A stretch of DNA of 63,164 bases, filler included, from Licmophora abbreviata (taxonomy: Eukaryota), in assembly GCA_900291995.1 (NCBI GenBank). It is 8 parts of 8 records of this genome, joined end to end, with 100 filler letters (N's around TTAATTAATTAA, not from the genome) between each part and the next. Parts side by side here need not be neighbours in the genome. Positions count along the whole stretch, not along the records: positions 1 to 7,227 come from OLMU01001471.1; positions 7,328 to 20,378 come from OLMU01001473.1; 6 more parts are not named here. The stretch is one strand, 5' to 3'. Positions 1 to 10,814 of this stretch are shown here, piece after piece. The notes below the pieces were generated by a model. The model saw nothing but the letters and a program-made list of their open reading frames with translations. It made no database searches and had not been told where the DNA came from. The position numbers and the translations under genes are program-made. How positions within the stretch are numbered: position 1 is the first letter of the stretch; each line of letters begins with the position of its first letter.

Positions 1-2
1 TT

Positions 3-392
3 CATGCTGTTGAGCACAACCAGATTGTCTGGATATACAACATGATCAAGGCTTTTGGGCTGCTTGATTTCGGAAAAAACAGATACAACAGTCTGGAAGG
101 CTCACTTGAGAAGTGGGACCGCTCACTTTCCCGGGAGCAAAATATTGACAAGTTGGGCCGCGTGGGATGGGGTTTTGTGCCGGGGCTTCCATTTCAGCCC
201 GATATTGACTTCTCCGACGACTTTGTGAGTGTGCCTGATGCCAACAAGGAAGAGGTGTTGAAGGCAGAAAAAAGTGTTCATGAATGGTGCTCAAAGCACA
301 ACAAAGATTCGGTTTCGGTTCCTGAGGAGTGGGAGACTGCCGTCGACATGAGGCCATGGCCCGATTTCCCTGATCGCCCTCGGCGCAATTGA
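3..392 (+). CDS. 3' end of a hypothetical protein (truncated by window start)
   Basis: Frame is open from position 3 to TGA at 390-392 and is convergent with the next gene; no recognisable motif. Confidence 0.55.
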   Translation, partial: HAVEHNQIVWIYNMIKAFGLLDFGKNRYNSLEGSLEKWDRSLSREQNIDKLGRVGWGFVPGLPFQPDIDFSDDFVSVPDANKEEVLKAEKSVHEWCSKHNKDSVSVPEEWETAVDMRPWPDFPDRPRRN

Positions 393-467
393 GCAACCTC
401 TAGTTTTATAGTTGTACAGAACGTAGGATCTGCTTGGTGCTGAAGAAGACTAGGTCGTGGGCGCATC

Positions 468-3400
468 CTATGTCTCGTCATTCGCTCCCCATGGAGTATT
501 CCCTTCGAACCGCACGGCACCAGGTTGAAACTCTGTTGCAGGGCTGTCGTCGAATGGGAAGTAGTCATCCAGATCATCATCGTCATCGTCTTCATCCAGT
601 CCTTGTCGATATTTCATGAGCCACGGCATCAAAGTGAGAACGAAGATACGTCGCCAAGCAGCCCCCGCGTCACTTCCAAAGTGCTCCCCGTATTTCAAGC
701 GCATCAAGTACATCGCTGACAATCTTTCAAGGAAGGGATGCCGATGGGCATCATGCATGAGCACATCAGCGATGTAGTAGTTCGCAACCATGTCGAATCG
801 GTACCCGAAGATCTCAACGTCATCCGCCAGGAATGGGACATCCACACGACCAATCCAAAACGCAGATGCGAGTAGAATCTGCGTCAGACGTCCTAGCATG
901 ACACCGCCTCCCAAACCAATGTGCCAAGCTTCCATGGCAAGATAAGTAAAGTTTGCAGCTGCTGGCTTTCGACGATAAAGGCCTTTGAAATTCTTTGATC
1001 GAAAACACCCGGTAATCAGCATCTTCGCCCCACACGTAATAGCCACTGCGCCGGAAACGAGTATGCATATGAGGGCGACGCCAACGGCAAATCGGTTGCA
1101 CAGATGCAGCCTTCAACTTACATCCAAGTCCCCAGGCAGCAACTAAGATCATCAAATCCCGTGTCACTGGCCAAAATAGAAGAAACAAAGCCCCTGCAAA
1201 GATAATAAAGAACAGAGCTGATGAGCCGAAAAGAGCATAGATCATGTTGCCGAGATTGAAGTAACTCTGGTGTTGGAAAGACGAAGACATGTGAGATTCT
1301 ATCAGAAATGGCTGTGTCCCACGCCAGCAAGCGGGCTACGTACCAGATCTAGAGTTGAAACAAGGGCGTTAGGGAAATGGGGTAAGACTCGCACGTGCGA
1401 AAGGAGAACGATGACATCGTGGTGTGACCAACGTACCAGCAAATTCACGGAATTTGTTGAAGGATGGGTCATGCAGCGACTTGAAGAATCCGCTCCGGAA
1501 TTTTAGAGCTGTTGCAACGGTGCTCGGGTAGTACACGGAAACGAGGAGCGCCACCAGAAGCCAGGTGAGAAGTCCACCAGGATAAAATGAGTAGTATATC
1601 CTGTAACAGTTTTTAGAAGACACGTTAATGAGAATCCGGCAGCAGCCAGCGCGATTGATGTTGTTCATTTTCACTTACATCCAATCTTCAGGGATCCATG
1701 TCAAGAGGGTGTTCTCAAGCAGTCCCCCTTCTTCAATTGCGTTCGCCCGGCTCTCCTCGGCTGCCTCTGCAGCGTCCTGGGTGCCAAATATCCATACTAC
1801 AATGAGGAATGCTGTTATGACGACCTGTATCACTTGCCCTATGACCAGAACGCTCGGGCACCAAACGCCTTCTTTCTTTGCCACGTCTTGTGTCCACAGC
1901 GTACGCCACATCGTCCAGAGGAAGCCGCCGCAATCCTCTTGTTTCTCCCCGTGGAGTACGAACGTCAACATTGTCACATCAGTCGTGTTCTGCCCTCTGG
2001 CCTTTCTGTGAGCTCTGCGGTGAAGCTTGTGGGCATTTCCAATGATTGAGTTGATCTTGTGAGTTGCGGCACGCTTGACTGATGATGTTCGACGAATATC
2101 GCTTGGTAGGAAAAGGAATCTCAACAAGGCGAATCGGCGAACGAGAGATCTTGGCATGATGCTTGCAACTGCACCTCTAAGAATCTCCAAACCCACGGGC
2201 ACAGCCGAAAACAGATAGACAGTCAGAATAACTTGGTACTGCTTGCCAGACCTTTCCGCACTCCATTCGTCTGACACGTTGATGCCCACGTAATCTACAA
2301 GAAAAATCTCGATCAACGGTGCAGCGACAAGTACTCCCAACCAAACTGCGGAGAGGATGATGAATTTCGAAGATCTAGTAAACTGATGATTTCCAAGGGA
2401 GATTGGGGCTATAATGACGAGCCCCCCAGTGCTGCGAAGTGAGGAAAGCATAACAAACGGTCAGAGACAGGACCCCAAAAGTTTCCAGATGTACACTGTT
2501 CGAGACGGTACGCACCATAAGATGATTGCGAGTGCAAGCCAGTTCCAGATCGTCTCAATAAGCTTACACCCAAACTCTTCATAGCTGTTATCTGCGCTCG
2601 AAGTGCAGGACACCTTAGTTACGCTAAAATGGTTGATAAGCATCACAGCAAGAGCCGCACCCATGGTATAGAACAGAAACAGGAAGACAACCATAAAGAT
2701 AGACCGAAACTGAAGAAACAAGAGATAAGATAAGATTCGGAAAACAATCTTCTACGCAAGCGTCCCTCTGTAAGAATGCAACGGCTTACCGCGTCCGAGC
2801 CGAAGTCAATGTAAGACGCAGTGGGTTTGTAGGCCGGGATTTTCCCCATGCGAATTCCTTTCCAGTCCTTGCGGCTCTTGCTCTGGTCGTCCGAAAGGTC
2901 GAGCTCGTCGACTGAAAGCGTTGAATGAAACGAGTCGTCCGAATCTTGTCTCACAATAGTGGAGCGCCTCCGAGGAGCACTGGCAAGTGCCCAAGGACTA
3001 TCTGTTTTGTGGCCGCAGTACAGAAGCTCTTCCGGTGTCATCATAGACGCAAAATGGTTACATTCCACAGTTGAGAAACCATAGACGTCGTAAAAGGTAG
3101 ATGTAACGTCATCTTCGGATTCTGCTGGCCACAGATTAACGTCGGCTGTGAGAGCTCTCGCAAACGCCCGCTCGTCCAAGACAACCCCCTCGCCACCGGC
3201 AGCATCCATCATACTTTGGATTAAGTGTCCATCTCGAGCAGCCTCATCTTCTCCACACTTCTCCAAAAGATCTTGTATCAGCTCTTCATTTACAACCGCA
3301 TGCTTCAATTCTGGAAAGTGGCTGCGGAAAGTAAATGTCGATTTTTCGTCCTGCAATTCCGCAGCCAGGCCCATCATTCTCGACCTCGATATTGGCTTGC

Positions 3401-4226
3401 TTTCTTCCTCGAGAGCTCCCAACATGACTCTAAGAACATCAGAAATAAGAGATGCAGGCTTGGGGTGCAGCTCTTTCTTTATTGCTACAGCTCGGCGGTG
3501 AAGCACGCCTTGCCACCAAACATAAGGGATCTTGAGCACGTACCCACCCAGCTTGGCTAGTTTCCAAATGTTTCTCACAGGAGGCATCGGACACCGCGGC
3601 GCAGGCGCTTGTCGCTCCTTGAATCTCTCCTGCTCGAGTCTCCGGATAGTAGGAATTAGCAGAATCGACATGAGCTGTACCAAATCATAGCGGACCAAGT
3701 CATCGACGTTCTTGGCGATTTCTGGCTTCGGTTCGGATTTCAATACATTCCAGGATCGCCGGATGTCAACTTTCTGAGTTTGCATCTTCTTAAGTATGTT
3801 GGTAGTCTGCATTAGTGCAGCCTCGTTTTCTTCTTCGGGTGGCTCGTCCTCTTGCTTTTTTCGGTTCCTGCAACACAATCGTTTCCTCTTTGTTTCTGTC
3901 AGTTCAACATCAGGCGCTTGGCCCATTTCGACTTCCGTGTTCGCTTTCTTCTTTCGAAACACCACGAATCGACTAGCCTTCTTCTCGGTCACAGGCAGTG
4001 GTAAACGAGCCGTGCCCGCTAGACCCTTCACAATGTCAAGAGCATCGTCCTTCTCAACGACGATCCCGTACCTAGATCGCAGAAAGATGCGCACGTCAGT
4101 CGCTGAGATTGTTCCATCTTCTCGGAGCTCCTTCGCTGTCTGATGTAACGCAGATATGTATTCCAGCTCTTTCACATCTGCTGCGGGGCCCACCGAGCGT
4201 TCAAAGTAGCCAAACAAGTACTTCAT
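468..4226 (-). CDS. Large multi-pass membrane protein with STRA6-like C-terminal region (7 exons)
   Basis: Manually spliced exons 4226-2790, 2709-2516, 2431-1679, 1600-1437, 1348-1344, 1266-1122 and 1045-468 all have GT-AG junctions and stay in frame. Many hydrophobic segments; C-terminal 'GRVDVPFL...D...Y...DAHRHP' resembles the STRA6/RBP-receptor family. The family call is inference. Confidence 0.75.
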
Positions 4227-4473
4227 GGTGGGAAAACGGCGCCGGTTCTGCCATCACCATCTTCAGTTCTCTTCGTTCTCAAAAGGGCATCACTTTTCAA
4301 TTTTCACACACAGACTGGTTTTGTGCATAGAAGAGAACATATATCCCCAATCGCTGACACACCTCCAAGCGTATACACAATCAAGTGCGCGGCGTCGCGA
4401 GGTGAGCGAGAAGAGCGAGCACAAAAAGTTCCGATGAGAACCGCGAGGCGACGTCGTTCTGTTGTTCCCGACC

Positions 4474-5907
4474 ATGACAGCAGAAATGGTCGGTTCTCGA
4501 AGCCTGACGGCAAGTATCCTCTCTCTTACAGCCTCAACAGTGGTGCTGTCTGCTGCTGCTTCTTATTTTTATCGAAAACGGCGAACGAAGTGGCAAGAAA
4601 TTGAAGAATCTCGGTACGGGCATGAAGCCATCCATTCCGTCATTGCGCATTTCGAAAGCCTTCACCTCGATCCTGGAACCACAGTGGAGGAGGCCAACAA
4701 ACGACGTACGGTTAGCTACTATTTGAAGTCACGAGAGGTACATGCCAATGAGCTGGTAAGCGGCGTTGGATCCTGGCCGAAACTGGTTCAGCTGCGCCAA
4801 CAGGAGCTGGACCGTATCCTGCAGTATTATCGAGAAGGCACCAAGAGCCACCGGACAGTCGTGGCTATGTGCGATTCGACCACTGCTAGTTTGCTGCATG
4901 AAGCACGAGAAACGATCCTGGGGCCGTTTGAGTACAGCACAGATCCGTCAACGAGGGGAGTTTGGATTCCAGAACTCAACATGATCCCGAAACAAGATTT
5001 GCATACAACTATCGCCATCCCGTGGTTTTGGCATACTATGCGAGAAGGCAACCGTGAACTTTCAGAAGAATTAGCATTGCGCTTGCGGCAAACACTGCTG
5101 CTTAAGCTCCACTATCCCTTCCAAATTGAGCTGCAGAGGATTGTCCTGCTGGGAGGCAAGACCTTGGTCGCCCTTTGGAGATGTGTTGGAGAACGAGTCA
5201 CGGACGATGGGTTTACGGTGTACGATCGTCACGGGGAATCAGTGGATCCGCTCGTTCGATTGCGAGTGGAGATTGTTCGATGCTTCACAACAGAGTCACC
5301 CGACAATCGCCGGAAGTCGCTCACGTACAGAGATGTTATTCAGGAGCGGCTTCTTTCTGAAGGGGAGCAAAAAGGGGAATCGACGACAACACCCACCAAG
5401 CCAAAACTCGAACGACAGCACTCGATCGAGGCTCGGACACCAGGTGTGGGCCAGGGTGATGGATTCATTCATACCACGCTTTGTCGATTGCCGCTGGACT
5501 GTCTTAGTCAGCATGATGTGAGCTTGGACAAGGTCCACCGGCTCTGTCGAGAGGCCAGTGCGACTTTGAGTGGGCATCGGATGGTAATCTCCAAATATCG
5601 ATTGCTCGAGACGACTGGGAAAGGAGGAGAGTCGAACCCGTGTGTGGAACCCATCTTTGACGAGACGATCGAGGCGCCGACACGGTTCAACGTGGACCGT
5701 CGAGGAGGAAATGTGAATGAAGTCGTCAACTTGCACGAGCCTCGTGTTGAAACCCAGAACATGTCGAGCCGGACGATCGGTGCCGTTCGGAGCCACAAGT
5801 CGCTCGAGCCTCTTGCTGGGCTTTTTGAAGGTACAGAAGGAAGTCTGGAGGACGGTAATATTGCACCTGTGGTTGAGATCGTGGCTCCGGTACTCGTACT
5901 GCCCTAG
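4474..5907 (+). CDS. Putative 2H-phosphoesterase superfamily protein with N-terminal membrane anchor
   Basis: Intronless ORF from first ATG at 4474; N-terminal hydrophobic helix followed by RKRR; two HxT motifs (DLHTTIA near 5002, FIHTTLC near 5470). Confidence 0.7.
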   Translation: MTAEMVGSRSLTASILSLTASTVVLSAAASYFYRKRRTKWQEIEESRYGHEAIHSVIAHFESLHLDPGTTVEEANKRRTVSYYLKSREVHANELVSGVGSWPKLVQLRQQELDRILQYYREGTKSHRTVVAMCDSTTASLLHEARETILGPFEYSTDPSTRGVWIPELNMIPKQDLHTTIAIPWFWHTMREGNRELSEELALRLRQTLLLKLHYPFQIELQRIVLLGGKTLVALWRCVGERVTDDGFTVYDRHGESVDPLVRLRVEIVRCFTTESPDNRRKSLTYRDVIQERLLSEGEQKGESTTTPTKPKLERQHSIEARTPGVGQGDGFIHTTLCRLPLDCLSQHDVSLDKVHRLCREASATLSGHRMVISKYRLLETTGKGGESNPCVEPIFDETIEAPTRFNVDRRGGNVNEVVNLHEPRVETQNMSSRTIGAVRSHKSLEPLAGLFEGTEGSLEDGNIAPVVEIVAPVLVLP

Positions 5908-6012
5908 CTATACCTGATATTTAGTTCAGGATCAGCGGTATTGGGGTAGTTTGGGATCGCCTTGGCTGAGCTTGTATAAACTATCACCCTAAGACTCAGT
6001 CTACACCCATTC

Positions 6013-6863
6013 TTACGTATCTCCCGCACTGGCGGACTCTGCTTCAACCTTATCAATGATCTCCTTTGCTTCACTGGCAGTCAGAATGTGATGAAGCACC
6101 GACTTGTCGCTGTCGCGCAGCGTCATTGTGAAGAGTTCCATCTTTTCGGCCGAGGCAGCCGTCCCGTCCATGGTCTTGTTCAACACCTTTACCGCCAGGC
6201 TGAGGGCTTCCTCCACGGAAACTCCTTCCTCTTTGTACTCAGTCTTGAGCAAAGACTTTCCCGCTTGGTTGTTGGACCCGATCACCGTCGCCTTCCATCC
6301 ACTGTAGTTTCCCGAAGGATCACTCTGGTACAGTTGGAATCCATGCTGGGAATCGTATCCAGCAAAGAGAAAGGCGACTCCAAAGGGACGCAATCCTCCG
6401 TACTGTGTGTAGCTCTGCTTGTAGTTGCAGACGTGTTCCACCAGTTGCTCGACGGGAATGGGTTCCTGGTACTGATACTCGTAGCGTCCGGCGCGAAGAC
6501 GCGCTTGGTCAATGAGGATATTGGCATCGGCGGTGAGTCCTGCCACGTTACAGGCGGCGTGTCCACACAGCTTGTACGTCTTTTCTGATGTCTATGGAGC
6601 GGGTGAGATGGATGGAGAAAAGAATTGTGAGAATAAGCATATCTGGAAGCAGTATGATACAAGTATCGTATCCACACGCGTACCTTGGCTGGTGCCAAGA
6701 GGCCGCTGGTGATGCGACGCTCGCTCGCCATGACGATTCCGTCCTTGGCTAGAATTCCAATGCAAGTTCCAGCATTATTAATGGCTTCAATCGCATACTC
6801 CACTTGGTGCAAACGACCCTCTGGAGAGAAGGTCGTTGTCGATGAATCGTAGCGGCGCGCCAT
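6013..6863 (-). CDS. PSMA4: 20S proteasome subunit alpha type-3 (PSMA4/PRE9 family)
   Basis: [24 protein letters not shown] signature; intron 6683-6592 joins LLAPAK to [22 protein letters not shown] and [11 protein letters not shown] motifs. Confidence 0.95.
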
Positions 6864-7227
6864 GGTCGACAACAATGGATGAGAGAGGAATGGAACATCG
6901 CGATGTAACGAATAGAACTTTGTTGGGGATCGTGGAATACGATTATTTCTTAACAATATGAAATTTAGTATACTTACCAATACAGAAAAAGTCTATGGCA
7001 TTGCGGGAAGCCCCCCGAACGCTTGCGAAAAAAGCTCGTCTTCGTCTTTGGAGCTCGCGTCGCTGTTCTCCGTCCGTCTGTCACACCCGCCAGGACCCGC
7101 GTTGCGCGCGCTCACAGCCGCATCTTTTTCGTGAGAGTTTCGAAGAGAAACCACACGAGAACAACCGCTCTTGTTTCTTGTTTCACACTATCTTCTTGAT
7201 CCAGTCGTCTCAAAGAGCTCAAAGAGA

Positions 7228-7327
7228 NNNNNNNNNNNNNNNNNNNNNNNNNNNNNNNNNNNNNNNNNNNNTTAATTAATTAANNNNNNNNNNNNNNNNN
7301 NNNNNNNNNNNNNNNNNNNNNNNNNNN
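7228..7327. other. Artificial contig linker (N44-TTAATTAATTAA-N44)
   Basis: Identical 100-nt spacers with stops in all six frames also occur at 20379-20478, 29927-30026, 33724-33823, 34881-34980, 54856-54955 and 57737-57836. Confidence 0.98.
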
Positions 7328-8335
7328 ATGGAAGAAGATTTGTCCAACTTGACTCCCACAGAACGCGAAGCGAAGGAGGCCAAGGAACGCGGCAATGCAC
7401 TGTACAAGGAAAAGAAATTCGAAGAAGCGCTCGAGGCCTATGACGAAGCTCGTGCCGTGGATCCAACCAACATGACGTTCTTGAGCAACCAAGCAGCTGT
7501 GCTCTTTGCGCAGAAGGAATATGAACAGTGCGTCGAGCGCTGTTTGGAGGCAGTCGAGTTGGGAAAGCACAATCGAGCGCCGTTTGAGGATCGTGCCAAG
7601 GCGTACGCGCGTGCAGCGCGAGCCTACCAGAAAATGGGGAAGCTTCAGGAGGCCATTGATATGTGTCACGAGGCGCAGCTCGAGAACTATGACAAGGCTA
7701 CGCAGCGTCTTTTGAAGACACTTGAATTGGACAAGCGCAAGGCTGATGCCGCGGCGTATCAGAGTGATGAGCTGGCGGACGAAGCGAAACAGCGTGGTAA
7801 TGAGCACTTTCGAGCTCACGAATGGCCACAGGCTGTGAAGGAATACGAAGACGCCGTCAAGCGATCTCCGAAGAATGCTGCTATTCGAAACAACCTAAGT
7901 GCTGCCCTCTGCAAGATTATGGATTTCAATGGTGCAAAGCGGGAAATCGAAGTCGCTTTGGAATTGGATCCGTCATACGTGAAGGCATGGGCGCGTAAGG
8001 GAGATATCGAGATGATCATGAAGGAATATCACAAGGCGATGGAGAGTTACAAGAAGGGTTTGGCCTTGGATCCCGCGAACGCGGCATGCAAAGCGGGACT
8101 TCAAAAGGTATCCATCAGCATCAACTCGAGCACGTCGGAAGAGGACCAGATGGAGAGGGCACAGCATGCCATGGCGGATCCTGAAATTCAAGCAATACTA
8201 AACGATCCTATCACGCAGCAGGTTTTGAGGGATTTCAACGAGAACCCTCAGGCTGCACAGCAAGCCATGAGGGATGTGTCAGTACGGAACAAAATCGAGA
8301 AGCTGATTGCCTCTGGTATCGTGAAGACTGCGTAA
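7328..8335 (+). CDS. STI1: Hsp70/Hsp90 organising protein STI1/HOP (TPR2A-TPR2B-DP2; 5' part probably lost in the gap)
   Basis: KERGNALYKEKKFEEA and KQRGNEHF TPR blocks; C-terminal AMADPEIQAILNDP...KLIASGIV DP/STI1 domain. Confidence 0.92.
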   Translation: MEEDLSNLTPTEREAKEAKERGNALYKEKKFEEALEAYDEARAVDPTNMTFLSNQAAVLFAQKEYEQCVERCLEAVELGKHNRAPFEDRAKAYARAARAYQKMGKLQEAIDMCHEAQLENYDKATQRLLKTLELDKRKADAAAYQSDELADEAKQRGNEHFRAHEWPQAVKEYEDAVKRSPKNAAIRNNLSAALCKIMDFNGAKREIEVALELDPSYVKAWARKGDIEMIMKEYHKAMESYKKGLALDPANAACKAGLQKVSISINSSTSEEDQMERAQHAMADPEIQAILNDPITQQVLRDFNENPQAAQQAMRDVSVRNKIEKLIASGIVKTA

Positions 8336-8421
8336 GAAGTGTTCGCTTTAGTCTAGACTGGGGAGCTCACAGGCTGTTCGATACAAGCAAACTCTACTAG
8401 TATGATAGATCGTTTTATCCC

Positions 8422-9786
8422 TTACTCTCCTGCGATTCCACTGGCAATTCGTAGCAGTGGGGGTCCGTCTACAATCAACTCTCCAGCATTGGGGTCCTGT
8501 TCTCGAAGCCACTTGAGCAGGTCCTGGTCCGACAGCTTCTGAATATAATTGTTTGCGAGCCTGGGTACCTTGTACGTCCGAATGTTGTCGTATTTTGTCG
8601 CGGCTCGAACGGCCCAAGGAGAGTGCTTTTCGGCGCGAAAGATATAACCGATTCCCTCATGGACTGCCAAGACTGGATCAGTGCAAAAGGTCGAAGATCC
8701 ACACACCGCCACCTTCTTAGCCCGAGTGAGACGGGCGTATGCCTTGGCAGGGACTTCGTCGTGGCCATTGTGAATTGTCACCTTTGCTCTGGGAAACTCT
8801 TTCTCTAGATGCTTTACCAGATCCTCCGTGACGAGCCGAGATCTATCAATCATATTTCTCTCGTAGGCACGAACATCATGGTAGGTGAAGGGCATGGTGA
8901 CAATGGAGATTGTCGCGATTGGTCCTTTCTCTCGTTCCACATCTCGCAATAGCTGCGAGTACGCATTGTGTGGCAGTACGCCAATGCCCTCATCATGATC
9001 TCCATGAGCACTCAGGGCATCGCCAAGGCGGAGATGAATAACTGCATCATCCGGAGTGAAGGACTGACCCTGTTCTGTTCGCATTACTCGCCACATGTCT
9101 TCTCGTATCTTGTCCGAGACCATGTCGAGCCCATTTCGGCATTGCCACGATGGAGCTGGTCGGCACGTGGAACAGATGTCGGCGGCTGTATAAACCTGTC
9201 CAGTCTCTGTGTCTCGCGGAATCCTGCCCGGAACAGTTTCGTTCATCTGCAGCAGCTTGAGCATGGAAACTTGCTTTTCTGCAGCATTGACTACCAAAAC
9301 TTGTTCTGATCCTTCCTCTGGGATACCACAAGTCATTGTAAAGGGTACCCGAGCGGCATTGGCAAGGAGCATCCTGCCGTAGATCTCGCCCAGGCGATTC
9401 CCAAGCTGCGGTTCAAGACAATCCGGGAAGTGAAAGTGCAACCGCGTTATGGTTGGATCATCCGGTTCTTGATGGAGGAAGTAATCGCAAACTTTTCGAC
9501 GACCAGCGCCTAGTCGCTTTTCGAAAAGCACTCCATCCGGTAGCAGAATGATTTCATCCACCGGTTTGAGCTCTTGGGTCGATGGATCCCGGTAGTATCG
9601 CCCTATTCCCTTGGCATGCTTCAGGCCCAGCCTTCGGCCTTTAAAAGAGCTAGGGAGGGGAAGCAGGGTGACACAGACAAGAAGGAACGCCACGGCCAGC
9701 AAGGCAACGACCCGCATCGACTTCGTCATGGTCCAATTCACAAAAAGTGAGCAGAATTTGGAATTTGAATGTCTTCGCAAGGTCAT
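8422..9786 (-). CDS. Type II membrane glycosyltransferase, alpha-1,2-fucosyltransferase (GT11/NodZ)-like
   Basis: N-terminal TM anchor; QLGNRLG motif (GLGN-like), VIHLRLGD (HxRxGD GDP-sugar motif) and SSTF motif. Confidence 0.65.
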   Translation of the reverse strand: MTLRRHSNSKFCSLFVNWTMTKSMRVVALLAVAFLLVCVTLLPLPSSFKGRRLGLKHAKGIGRYYRDPSTQELKPVDEIILLPDGVLFEKRLGAGRRKVCDYFLHQEPDDPTITRLHFHFPDCLEPQLGNRLGEIYGRMLLANAARVPFTMTCGIPEEGSEQVLVVNAAEKQVSMLKLLQMNETVPGRIPRDTETGQVYTAADICSTCRPAPSWQCRNGLDMVSDKIREDMWRVMRTEQGQSFTPDDAVIHLRLGDALSAHGDHDEGIGVLPHNAYSQLLRDVEREKGPIATISIVTMPFTYHDVRAYERNMIDRSRLVTEDLVKHLEKEFPRAKVTIHNGHDEVPAKAYARLTRAKKVAVCGSSTFCTDPVLAVHEGIGYIFRAEKHSPWAVRAATKYDNIRTYKVPRLANNYIQKLSDQDLLKWLREQDPNAGELIVDGPPLLRIASGIAGE

Positions 9787-10007
9787 TCGTCGGTCAGAAT
9801 GACCCGTCTGGATGTCATCCGTCAAGCTGACGCCTCATTAATGGCGCGCCACGCACACGCCCGTTCAGTTTGCGATCCTCGAGCGGTCCCCGACCATGAT
9901 GAGCATGTTACAGATCCCGTGATCTTGGGGTCGTTCGTGAAATGACTGCCGTCCTAGAGTGCTTTTATTCCAGCAAGCTGTTCTTCTCCTATCGTATCTG
10001 CCTTCTG

Positions 10008-10670
10008 ATGATGATGCTTGGACGTGCCCGCTCTTTTGCCCTTCGAGCACCCTTCGCAACCAGACGCCGCTTCGCCCCGGTCGTTGCTCGCTCTCTCGCT
10101 TCAAAGGCTGCCAATAGCATCGACATTTTCGATGAACAAGATACACTGCCTGACTTGGACAAGGAGAGGCTTCGCGACACGATTGACCGCATTCGTAAAC
10201 TGATTGGATACGAAAAGTATGGAGTGTCTCTCTTGCTTGTAGCGGACGATGAGATGCAAGAGACGAATCTGGAGACACGTGGCATGGACAGTCCCACCGA
10301 CATTCTCTCGTTCCCCTTTCAACAAGCAGTCAAACCTGGAGAACTAGGACCGCCGGATTTTGATATTCCTGATTATTACACTTTGGGAGACATGCTGGTC
10401 GACGTACCCTATGTAATGCGACGGTGTCTGGAGGATTCTCAGGACGTGGAGCTGGAGCATTCGGACGAAGAGGATCGTGGTGTTTCGGCGGCCATGGCGA
10501 CTGTCTACGATCCAGAACTGCGAATCAACATGCTCCTCGTACACGGGGTGCTGCATCTTGTTGGATATGATCACATTGAAGACGACGACTATGAGCTGAT
10601 GGTTGCCAGGGAAGAGGAGTTGCTCAAAGAGCTAGACTTGGAAAACCATCAGTTGCAGAAACCACAATAG
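10008..10670 (+). CDS. ybeY: Endoribonuclease YbeY, probably organelle (mitochondrial) targeted
   Basis: PTDILSFP, LGD and HGVLHLVGYDH zinc motif; Arg/Ala-rich N-terminal presequence from ATG 10008. Confidence 0.92.
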   Translation: MMMLGRARSFALRAPFATRRRFAPVVARSLASKAANSIDIFDEQDTLPDLDKERLRDTIDRIRKLIGYEKYGVSLLLVADDEMQETNLETRGMDSPTDILSFPFQQAVKPGELGPPDFDIPDYYTLGDMLVDVPYVMRRCLEDSQDVELEHSDEEDRGVSAAMATVYDPELRINMLLVHGVLHLVGYDHIEDDDYELMVAREEELLKELDLENHQLQKPQ

Positions 10671-10814
10671 CGCGCGAGTCATCGTTTCTACTATTAATGG
10701 CGCTCGGAGTTCTATATTTTCCGTCGACTCGTAGTAAGAGGAGCCGACCAGTCCCAGTGATCATACCGTCGATCAAGTACCATGCATGAACGGGTGAATG
10801 AAAGATGAGTATGG

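Noticed and set aside
7228..7327. Recurrent TTAATTAATTAA palindrome flanked by Ns (7 copies)
   Set aside because: Artificial six-frame-stop contig linker, not a biological repeat or CRISPR; adjacency across these linkers is not guaranteed.
7328..7330. Apparent short STI1 lacking TPR1/DP1
   Set aside because: The ATG abuts an assembly gap, so the missing domains may simply be unsequenced.
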